From: Heterodontus francisci | Lineage: Eukaryota | Reading direction: 5' to 3' | NCBI RefSeq assembly: GCF_036365525.1 | Contig: NW_027140807.1 | Coordinates: 1,054,001 to 1,118,000 of the forward strand | Length of the DNA stretch: 64,000 bases | Part shown: piece after piece, positions 22,401-34,400 of the stretch | Layout: each line of letters starts with the position of its first letter | How positions within the stretch are numbered: position 1 is the stretch's first letter | The notes under the pieces: generated by a model | The model's input: the letters and a program-made list of their open reading frames with translations, nothing else | Database searches by the model: none | Told to the model about the DNA's origin: nothing | Position numbers and translations under genes: made by a program

Positions 22401-25400
22401 ACAGTGACTGAGGGGAGAGTGATACAGTGACTGAGGGGAGTGGGATACAGCGACTGAGGGGAGTGGGATACAGCGACTGAGGGGAGTGGGATACAGCGAC
22501 TGAGGGGAGTGGGACACAGCGACTGAGGGGAGTGGGATACAGTGACTGAGTGTAGTGGGATACAGTAATGTCGTGATCAGGATGGAAGATGATGGATTTA
22601 TAAAGATTGATATCTCACTTTCTCCTGACACTAGTACCATCCTGTTGAAATGTTGTGTTTTTCTCCATCTCTCACTCTGCAATGTTTCCCTCCCTTTATT
22701 ACAGAGCCCATGACTTCCCAAACTCAGGAATCCGAGGAACAATCGACTGGAGAATCCACTGAGGTTTCATCCTCTATCCCAGTGGGCTCTGGAACCCCAG
22801 GTATCTGCCGTGCCGAATTATAATTACAGAAAGATGGAATCAGAGACTGGTTACAGCACAGAAAGAGGCCATTCAGCCCATCGTCACCGTGCCAGCTCTC
22901 TGCCAGAGCAATCCACCTACTCGCACTCCTGCCATTTCCCCATCACCCAGCAGATTGTTTCTCCTATGATAATTTTCCAATTCCCTTTTGAAAGCCTCAA
23001 TTGAACCTGCCTCCAGCGCACTCACAGGCAGTGCATTCCAGACCCTAACCACTCGCTGTGTGAAAAGGTTTTCCTGTCTCTGTTGCTACTTTTACCACTC
23101 ACCTAAAACCGGTGTCCTCTGGTTCTGGATTCTACCACCAATGGGAACAGTTTCTCCCTGTCAGCTCTGTCCACATCCCTCGTGATTTTGAACACCTCGA
23201 TCAAATCTTCTCTTAATCTTCTCTTCTCCAGGGAGAACAGCCCCATCTTCTCCAATCTATCCAAGTAACTGACGTCCCTCATCCTGGGAACCATTCTTGT
23301 AAATCATCTCCGCACCCTCTCGAATACCTTAACGTCCTTCCTAAGTATTCACCGCTCTCTGTCTTGCCACCTTCAATGATTTGTGCACACGTACGCCCAG
23401 GTCCCTCTGCCCCTGCACCCCCTTTACAATTGTATCCTTTATTTTATATTGCCTCTCCTCGTTCGTCCGACCAAAATGAATCACTTCACAATTCTCTGCA
23501 TTAAATTTCATCTGTCACTTGCCTGCCCATTCCACAGGTCTGTCTATGTCCACTTGAAGTCCATCACTATCCTTCTCACTGTTCACAATACTTCCAGGTC
23601 TTGTGCCCTCCACAACTTTTGAAATTCTGCCCTGTACACACAAATACAACACATTAATATACATCAAGAAAAACAGGGTTCGATCAATATTAAAGAGTAA
23701 AACACAGATGCACAGAGAATTAGGAGGGACAGATAACACTGGAGTAGAAAAGAGTAACGTATTGGACTGGGACAGTGTAAGAGGGATGGTGATGAGCTGA
23801 AAATTCAGTTTAATGTGTGTGTATATGGATGCACGGAGAGTGGTAAATAAGGTTGTTGAGCTGCAGGCCACGTGGAAATATGCTGTTGTGGCAATAACCG
23901 AGTCCTGGTTCTAAGAGAGGCAGGACTGGGTAGTGAATATTCCTGACAAGGTGTTCAGGAAAGAGAGGGAAGGAAGGAAAGGAGGAGGGGCATCAGTATT
24001 GTTTAAGGGGAGAATTACAGTGCTGGAAGAAGATGATGTCGGAGAGGAACCAAGGATAGAATCCATCAGATTAAAGTGAAACAACGAAAGAAATACCATG
24101 ACCTTTCTGGGTGTATGTTATAGGCCAACAACTAGTGGGAAAGATATAGATGAACAGATTTGCATAGAGCAACCAAGAGATGCAAGAGTTAAAGTGTAGA
24201 TATATCATTGGGCTATACTTATCTGAATATACTCTGGAATAGTAATAGTGTAAACGGCAGAGAGGGACAAGAGTTTCTCGAGTGTGTTCAGGAGAATTTC
24301 CTACGTCAGTTTGTTTCAAGTCCAACGAGGAAGGAGGCATTGCTGGATCTGGTTCTGGGAAATGAGGTTGGACAAGTGAATTAAGGGTCAGCCGGGGAAC
24401 ATTTGGGGACAGTGACCAGCGTATCATGTGGTTTAGGTTGGTAATGGAAAAGGACAAGGAGAAATGCGGAGGAAAGATAATTCAGTGAGGGAGAACCAAT
24501 CTCAATAGAGTGAGAACAGATCTGACCCAAATAATCTGGAATCATATTACAGATTCCCACACTGTGACGCCTGAAGTGCTCATTCCAAGAGACGCATCCA
24601 GTCTCTTAATGATGGAGTGTGGGGCAATGATAGAGGGCAGTTGGAAAACAGTGACAGAGGGGAGTGGGATGAAGTGACTGAAGGGACTGTGATACAGTGA
24701 CTGAGGGGATGGGACACAGTTACTGAGGGGAGTGTGATACAGCGACTGAGGAGAGTGTGATACAGCGACTGAGGGGAGAGTGAATCAGTGACTGAGGGGA
24801 GTGTGAAACAGTGACTGAGGGGAGTGTGATACATTGACTGAGGGGAGAGCGATACAGTGACTGAGGGGAGTGGGATCGGGCGACTGAGATGAGTGTGATA
24901 CACTGACTGAGATGAGTGTGATGCAGTGACTGAGGGGAGTGTGATAGAGACAGAGGGGAGTGTGACGCCGTGACTGAGGGGAGTTTGACACAATAATGTA
25001 GTGAACAGATGGAAGACTATGGTTTTATAAAGATTGATATCTGACATTCTCCTGACACTAGTACCATCCTGTTGACCTATTGTGTTATCCTCCATGTCTC
25101 ACTCTGCAATGTCTCCCTCCCTTTATTACAGAACCCGTGACTTACCAAACTCAGGAATCCGAGGAACAATCGACTGCAGAATCCACTGAGGGGCCCTCCT
25201 CTATCCCAGCGGGCTCTGGAAGCTCAGGTATCTGCCTTGTGGGGTTATCATCGCAGAATCATGGAATCATAAACCGGTTACAGCACAGAAAGAGGCCGTT
25301 CAGACAATCGTCACCGTGCCAGCTCTCTGCCTGAGCAACTCAACTGCTCCCACTCCTGCAATTTCCCCATCTCCCTGCAGATTGTTTCTCCTGTGATAAT

Positions 25401-28400
25401 TATCCAATTCCCTTTTGAAAGCCTCAATTGAACCTGCCTCCAGCACAGTCTCAGGCAGTGCATTCCAGACCCTAACCACTCGCTGTGTGAAAAGGTTTTC
25501 CTGTCTCTGTTGCTACTTTTACCACTCACTTAAAGCCGGTGCCCTCTGGTTCTGGATCCTCCCACCAATGGGAACAATTTCTCCCTGTCTACTCTGTCCA
25601 CATCCCTCGTGATTTTGAACATCTCGATTAAATCTCTTCTTAATCTTCTCTTCTCCAGGGACAAGAGCCCCAGCTTCTCCAATGTATCCATGTAACTGAC
25701 GTCCCTCATCCCAGGAACCATTCTCGTAAATCATTTCCGCACCCTCTCGAATACCTTCACATCCTTCCGAACGTATTAACCGCTCTCTGGACCTGTCTTG
25801 CCACCTTCAATGATTTGTGCACACGTACGCCCAGGTCCCTCTGCCCCTGCACCCCCTTTGCAATTGTATCCTTTATTTTATATTGCCTCTCCTCGTTCGT
25901 CCGACCAAAATGAATCACTTCACAATTCTCTGCGTTAAGTTTCATCTGCCACTGTCTGCCAATCCCACCAGCCTGTCTATAACCTCCTGACGTCTATCAC
26001 TATCCTCCTCACAGTTTACAATACTTCCAGGTTTTGTGTCATCTGCAAATTTTGAAATTGTGGCATGTACGCCCCAGTCTATGTCATTAATATACACCAG
26101 GGAAAACAGGGGTCCGAGCAATATTACAGATCAAAACACAGATGCACAGAGAATTAGGAGGGACAGATAACACTGGAGTAGAAAAGAGTAACGTATTAGA
26201 CAGGGACAGTGTAAGAGGGAAGGTGATGAGCTGTAGATTCAGTTCAATGTGTGTGTATATGAGAATGCAATGAGAGTGGTAAAAAAGGTTGTTGAGCTGC
26301 AGGCGCAGATAGCCATGTGGAAATATGATGTTGTGTCAATAACAGAGTCCTGGCTCTAAGAGGGGCAGGACCTGGTAGTGAATATTCCTGACTACAATGT
26401 GCTCAGGAAAGGGAGGGATGGAAGGAAAGGAGGAGGGGTATCAGTATTGATAAAGAGGAACATTACAGTGCTGGAAAGAGATGATGTCGGAGAGGAACCA
26501 AGGATAGAATCCATCAGATTAGAATGAAACAAGGAAAGAAATACCATTACCTTTCTGGGTGTATTCTATAGGCCAACAAGTAGTGGGAAAGATATAGAGG
26601 AACAGATTTGCATGGAGCAACCAAGAAGTGCAAGAGTTAAAGTGTAGATATATCGTTGGGCTTTAGTTATCTGAATATAGACTGGGATAGTAATAGTGTA
26701 AAGGGCAGAGAGGGACAAGAATTTCTAGAGTGTGTCCAGAAGGATTCCCTCCGTCAGTTTGTTTCCAGTCCAACGAGGAAGGAGGCATTGCTGGATCTGG
26801 TTCTGGGAAATGTGGTTGGATAAGTGAATTATGGGTCAGTCGGGGAACATTTAGGGGACAGTGACCATCATATCATGTGGTTTAGGTTGGCAATGGAAAA
26901 GGACAATGAGAAATCCGGAGGAAAGATAATTCATTGAGGGAGAACCAATCTCAGTAGAGTGAGAACAGATCTGACCCAAATAAACTGGAATCATATTATA
27001 GACACACATAGTGTGATACCTGACGTGCTCAGTCTCAGTGACCCATCCAGTCTCTTACTGATGGAGTGTGGGGAAATGACAGAGGGCAGTGGGATATAAT
27101 GACCGAGGGGAGTGGGATGTACTGTCTGAGGGGTGAGGGATGTAATGACTGAGGGGAGAGGGATATAGTGACTGTGGGCAGTGGGATATAGTGAGTGAGG
27201 GGAGAGGGATGCAGTGACTGAGGGGAATGGGACATCGTGACTGAGGGGAGTTGGATATAGTGACTGTGGGCAGTGGGACATAGTGATTGAGGGTACTGTG
27301 ATAAAGTGACTGAGGGGAGTATGATACAGTCACTGAGGGGAGTGGGATGCTGCGACTGAGGGCTGTTTGATAGTGTGACTGTGGGGAGTGGGATACAGTG
27401 ACTGAGAGGAGTGTGATACAGTGACTGAGAGAGTGTGATGCAGTGACTGAGGGGCGTGTGATGCAGTGACTGAGGGGAGCGTAATACAGCGACTGAGGAG
27501 AGTCTGATACAGCGACAGAGGGGAGTGAGATACAGCGACTGGCGTGTGTGTGATACAGTGACTGAGGTGAGTGTGATACAGTGAGTGAGGGGAGTGTGAT
27601 ATAGGGACTGAGGTGATTGTGATTGAGTGACTGAGGGGAATGTGATACAGTGACTGAGGGGAGTGTGATATAGTGACTGAGGTGAGTGTGATGCAGTGAC
27701 TGAGGGGAGCGTGACGCCGTGACTGAGGGGAGTGTGACACAGTAATGTATTGAACAGGATGGAAGATTATGGTTTTATAAAGATTGTTATCTGTCATTCT
27801 CCTGACACGAGCACCATCCTGTTGACCTGATGTGTGTTTCTCCATGTCTCACTTGGCAATGTCTCCCTCCCTTTATTACAGAACCCGTGACTTCCCAAAC
27901 TCAGGAATCCGAGGAACAATCGACTAGAGAATCTACTGAGGTTTCATCCTCCACCCCAGCGGGCTCTGGAAGCTCAGGTACCTGCCTTGTGCGGTTATCA
28001 TCGCAGAATCATGGAATCAGAGACTGGTTACAGCACAGAAAGAGCCCGTTGAGCCCATCGTCACTGTGACAGCTCGACGCCTGTGCAACTAACCTACTCC
28101 TACTCCTGCTATTTCCCCGTCGCACTGCAGATTGTTTCGCCAATGACAATTTTCCAATTCCCTTTTGAAAGCCTCAATTGAACCTACCTCCAGCACACTC
28201 TCAGGCAGTGCATTTCAGATCCTAACCACACGCTGTGTGAAAAGGTTTTACTGTCTCTGTTGTAATTTTTACCACTCACCTAAAACCGGTGCCCTCTGGT
28301 TCTGGATCCTCCCACCAATGGGACTTAGGGGTGTGGGGCATAGTTACTGGGGGAGAGGGATGTAGTGACTGAGGGGAGAAGGTTGCACTGACCGAGGTGA

Positions 28401-31400
28401 GTGGGATATAGTGACTGAGGGCAGTGGGACATTGTGACTGAGGGCAGTGGGATATAGTGAGTGAGGGGAGAGGGATGTAGTGACTGAGGGGAGTGGGACA
28501 GAGTGACTTAGGGTAGTGGGATATAGTGAGTGAGGGGAGAAGGATGTAGTGACTGAGGGGAGTGGGACATAGTGACTGAGGGGAGTGGGATATAGTCATT
28601 GAGGGCAGTGGGACATAGTGACTGAAGGCAGTGGGATATAGTGATTGAGGGCACTGGGATGTAGTAACTGAGCGGAGTGGGACGTAGTGACTGAGGGCCG
28701 TGGGATATAGTGACTTAGGGCAGTGGGATGTATTGACTTTGCGGAGTGGGATGTGGTAACTGCGGAGAGTGGGATGTAGTGACTGAGGTGAGTGGGATAC
28801 AGTGACTGAGGGGAGTGGGATACAGAGACTGAGGGTAGTATGATGCAGTGTCTGAGGGGAGTGGAATACAGCGACTGAGGGGAGTGTGATGCAGTCACTG
28901 AGGGTAGTGTGATACAGTGTCTGAGGGGAGTATGAAACAGTCACTGAGGGGAGTGTGATGCAGCGACTGAGGGTAGTGAGATACAGTGTCTGAGGGGAAC
29001 TTGATACAGTGACTGAGGGTAGTGTGATGCAGTGACAGAGGGGGTGTGATACAGTGAGTGAGGGGAGTGTGATACAGTGACTGAGGGGAATGTGATACAG
29101 TGACTGAGGGGAGTGTGATACAATGACAGAGGAAGTGTGATACAGTGACAGAGTGGAGTCTGACACAGTGAGTGAGGGGAGTGTGATACAGTGACTGAGG
29201 GGAGTGTGATGCAGTACAGAGGGAAGTGTGATACTGTGACTGAGCGAGTGTGACACAGTGACTGAGGGGAGTGTGATACAGTGTCTGAGGGGAGTGTGAT
29301 ACAGTGTCTGAGGGGAGTGCGATACAGTGACTGAGGGGAATGTGATACATGACTGAGGGGAGTGTGATACAGAGTCTGAGGGGAGTATGAAACAGTCACT
29401 GAGGGGAGTGTGATGCAGCGACTGAGGGTAGTATGATACAGTGTCTGAGGGGAACTTGTTACAGTGACTGAGGTTAGTGTGATGCAGTGACAGAGGGAGT
29501 GTGATACAGTGACAGAGGGGAATGTGATACAGTGAGTGAGGGGAGTGTGATGCAGTGACTGAGGGGAATGTGATACAGTGACTGAGGGGAGTGTGATACA
29601 ATGACAGAGGAAGTGTGATACAGTGACAGAGTGGAGTCTGACACAGTGAGTGAGGGGAGTGTGATACAGTGACTAAGGGGAGTGTGATGCAGTGACAGAG
29701 GGAAGTGTGATACTGTGACTGAACGAGTGTGACACAGTGACTGAGGGGAGTGTGATGGAGTGACTCAAGGACTGTGATACAGTGTCTGAGGGGAGTAGGA
29801 TACGGTCACTGAGGGGAGTGGGATGCAGCGACTGAGTGTACTGTGACACCGTGACTGAGGGGAGTATGATACAGTCACTGAGGGGAGTGGGATGCAGCGA
29901 ATGAGGGTAGTGTGATCGAGTGACTGTGGGGAGTGGAATACATTGACTGAGAGGAATGTGATATAGTGACTGAGGGAAGTGTGATACAGTGACTGAGAGA
30001 GTGTGATGCAGTGACTGAGGGGAGTGTGATGCAGTGACTGAGGTGAGTGTGATACAGTGACTGAGGTGAGTGGGATACAGTGAGTGAGGGGAGTATGATA
30101 TAGTGACTGAGGTGAGTGTGATGCAGTGACCGCTGGGAGTGTGATGCAGTGACTGCTGGGAGTGGGATACAGTGAGTGAGGGGAGTATGAGATAGTGACT
30201 GAGGTGAGTGTGATGCAGTGACCGCTGGGAGTGTGATACAGTGACTGAGGGGAGTGTGACGCAGTAATGTAGTGAACAGGATGGAAGATAATGGTTTTAT
30301 AAAGATTGTTATCTGTCATTCTCCTGACACGAGCACCATCCTGTTGACCTGATGTGTTTTTCTCCATGTCTCACTTTGCAATGTCTCCCTCCCTTTGTTA
30401 CAGAACCCGTGACTTCCCAAACTCAGGAATCCGAGGAACAATCGACTAGAGAATCTACTGAGGTTTCATCCTCCACCCCAGCGGGCTCTGGAAGCTCAGG
30501 TACCTGTCATGTGGGGTCATCATCGCAGAATCATGGTATCAGTGACTGGTTACAGCACAGGAAGAGGCCATTGAGCCCATCGTCACCTTGACAGCTCTAT
30601 GCCTGTGCAACTCATCTACTCCCACTCCTGCAATTTCCCCGTCGCACTGCAGATTATTTCTCCAATGACAATTTTCCAATTCCCTTTTGAAAGCCTCAAT
30701 TGAACCTGCCTCCAGCACACTCTCAGGAAGTGCATTTCAGATCCTAACCACTCGCTGTGTGAAAAGGTTTTCCTGTCTCTGTTGTGACTTTTACCACTCA
30801 CCTATATCCGGTGCCCTCCAGTTCTGGATCCTCCCACCAATGGGACTTAGGGGAGTGGGGCATAGTTAGTGGGGGAGATGGATGTAGTGACTGAGGGGAG
30901 AAGGTTGCACTGACCGAGGTGAGTGGGATATAGTGACTGAGGGCAGTGGGGCATAGTGACTGAGGGCAGTGGGATATAGTGAGTGAGGGGAGAGGGATGT
31001 AGTGACTGAGGGGAGTGGGACAGAGTGACTTAGGGTAGTGGGTTATAGTGAGTGAGGGGAGAGGGATGTAGTGACTGAGGGGAGTGGGATGTAGTTACTG
31101 AGGGCAGCTGGACATAGTGATTGAGGGCAGTGGGATGTCGTGACAGAGGGGAGTGAGACATAGTGAATGAGGGGAGTGGGATATAGTGAGTGAGGGGAGA
31201 GGGATATAGTGACTGAGGGGAGTGGGATATAGTTACTGAGGGCAGTAGGACATAGTGATTGAGGGCAGTGGGATATAGTCATCGAGGGGTGCGGAACATA
31301 GTGACTGAGGGGAGTGGGATATAGTCATTCAGGGGAGTGGGATATAGTCATTGTGGGCAGTGGGACATAGTGACTGAGGGCAGTGGGACATAGTCACTGA

Positions 31401-34400
31401 GGTGAGTGGGATATAGTGACTGATGGGATATGGATGCAGTGATTGAGGGCAGTGGGAGATAGTCACTGAGCAGAGTGGGTCGTAGTGACTGAGGGCAGTG
31501 GGTTATAGTGACTGAGGGCAGTGGTATGTATTCACTGTGCAGAGTGGGATGTGGTAACTGCGGAGTGTGGGATGCAGTGACTGAGGTGAGTGGGATACAG
31601 TGACTGAGGTGAGTGTGATACAGTGACTGAGGGCAGTGGGATACAGTGACTGAGAGGAGTTGATACAGTGACTGAGATATTGTGATGCAGTGACTGAGGT
31701 GAGTGTGATGCAGTGACTGCTGGGAGTGTGATACAGTGACTGAGGGGTGTGTGACGCAGTAATGTCGTGAACAGGATGGAAGATAATGGTTTTATAAAGA
31801 TTGTTATCTGTCATTCTCCTGACACGAGCACCATCCTGTTGACCTGATGTGTTTTTCTCCATGTCTCACTTTGCAATGTCTCCCTCCCTTTAATACAGAA
31901 CCCGTGACTTCCCAAACGCAGGAATCCGAGGAACAATCGACTAGAGAATCTACTGAGGTTTCATCCTCCACCCCAGCGGGCTCTGGAAGCTCAGGTACCT
32001 GCCTTGTGGTGTTATCATCGCAGAATCATGGAATCAGAGACTGGTTACAACACAGAAAGAGGCCATTGAGCCCATCGTCACCGTGACAGCTGTATGCCTG
32101 TGCAACGCACCTACTCCCAGTCCTGCCAATTCCCCATCTCCCAGCAGATTGATTCTCCGATGACAATTTTCCAATTCCCTTTTGAAGGCCTCAATTGAAC
32201 CTGCCTCCAGCACACTCTCAGGCAGTGCATTTCAGATCCTAACCACTCGCTGTGTGAAAAGATTTTCCTGTCTCTGTTGTGACTTACATCACTCACCTAA
32301 AGCCGGTGCCCTCTAGTTCTGGATCCTCCCACCAATGGGACTGAGGGGAGTGGGACATAGTTACTGAGGGGAGAGTGATGCAGTGACTGAGGGGAGAAGG
32401 TTGCACTGACCGAGGGGAGTGGGATATAGTGACTGAGGGCAGTGGGACATAGTGACTGAGGGTAGTGTGATACAATGACAGAGGAAGTGTGATACAGTGA
32501 CTGAGAGAGTGTGATACAGTGACTGAGAGAGTGTGACACAGTGACAGAGGGAAGTGGGATACAGTGACTGAATGTGTGGGATACAGTGACTGAGGGGATT
32601 GTGATACTGTGACAGCGGGGAGTGTGATACAGTGACTGAGAGAGTGTGATACGGTGACTGGGGTAGAGTGATACAGTGACTCCGGGAGTGTGATACACTG
32701 TCTGAGGAGAGTGGGATGCAGTGACTGAGGGGAGTGTGATGCAGTGTCTGAGGGGTGTAGGATAAAGTGAACTGAAGGGAGTGTGATCCAGTGACTGGAG
32801 GAGTGTGATACAGTGACTGAGGGGAGTGTGATACAGTGTCTGAGGGTAGTATGATACAGTCACTGAGGGGAGTGCGATGCAGCGACTGAGGGTAGTGTGA
32901 TACAGTGTCTGAGGGGGATGTGATACAGTGACAGAGGGTAGAGTGATACAATGACAGAGGAAGAGTGATACAGTGACAGAGGGGAGTGTGATACAGTGGG
33001 TGAGGGGAGTGTGATGCAGTGACTAAGGGGAGCATTATACAGTGACTGAGGGGAGTGTGATACAGTGACTCCGGGAGTGTGATACAGTGATTGAGGGGAG
33101 TGCGATAAAGTTACGGAGGGGAGTGTTATACACTGACTGAGGGGATTGGGATACAGTGACTGAAGGGAGTGTGATACAGTGACTGGAGGAGTGTGACACA
33201 GTGACTGAGGGGAGTGTGATACAGTGTCTGAGGGTAGTATGATACAGTCACTGAGGGGAGTGCGATGCAGCGACTGAGGGTAGTGTGATACAGTGTCTGA
33301 GGGGGATGTGATACAGTGACAGAGGGTAGAGTGATACAATGACAGAGGAAGAGTGATACAGTGACAGAGGGGAGTGTGATACAGTGGGTGAGGGGAGTGT
33401 GATGCAGTGACTGAGGGGAGCATTATACAGTGACTGAGGGGAGTGTGATACAGTGACTCCGGGAGTGTGATACAGTGATTGAGGTGAGTACAATAAAGTT
33501 ACGGAGGGGAGTGTTATACACTGACTGAGGGGATTGGGATACAGTGACTGAAGGGAGTGTGATCCAGTGACTGGAGGAGTGTGATACAGTGACTGAGGGG
33601 AGTGTGATACTGTGTCTGAGGGTAGGATGATACAGTCACTGAGGGGAGTGCGATGCAGCGACTGAGGGTAGTGAGATGCAGTGTCTGAGGGGGATGTGAT
33701 ACAGTGACAGAGGGTAGAGTGATACAATGACAGAGGAAGAGTGATACAGTGACAGAGGGGAGTGTGATACAGTGGGTGAGGGGAGTGTGATGCAGTGACT
33801 AAGGGGAGCATTATACAGTGACTGAGGGGAGTGTGATACAGTGACTCCGGGAGTGTGATACAGTGATTGAGGGGAGTGCGATAAAGTTACGGAGTGGAGT
33901 GTTATACACTAACTGAGGGGATTGGGATACAGTGCCGGAAGGGAGTGTGATACAGTGACTGAGGGCTGTGGGATGCAGTGACTGAGGGGAGTAGGATACA
34001 GACACTGAGGGGAGTGGGATGCAGCGACTGAGGGTAGTGTGATACAGTGACTGAGGGGAGTGTGATACAGTCACTGAGGAGAGGGGAATGCAGCGACTGA
34101 GGGGAGTGGGGTACAGTGACTGAAGGGAGTGTGATACAGTGACTGAGGGGTGTGGGATGCAGTGACTGAGGGGAGTAGGAAACAGTCACTGAGGGGAGTG
34201 GGATGCAGCCACTGAGGGTAGTGTGTTACAGTGACTGAGGGGAGTATGATACAGTCACTGAGGAGAGTGGAATGCAGCGACTGAGGGGAGTGTGATAGAG
34301 TGACTGAGGGGAGTGTGATACAGTGACTAAGGGGAGCATTATACAGTGGCTGAGAGAGTGTGATACGGTGACTGGGGGAGAGTGATACAGTGACTGTGGG

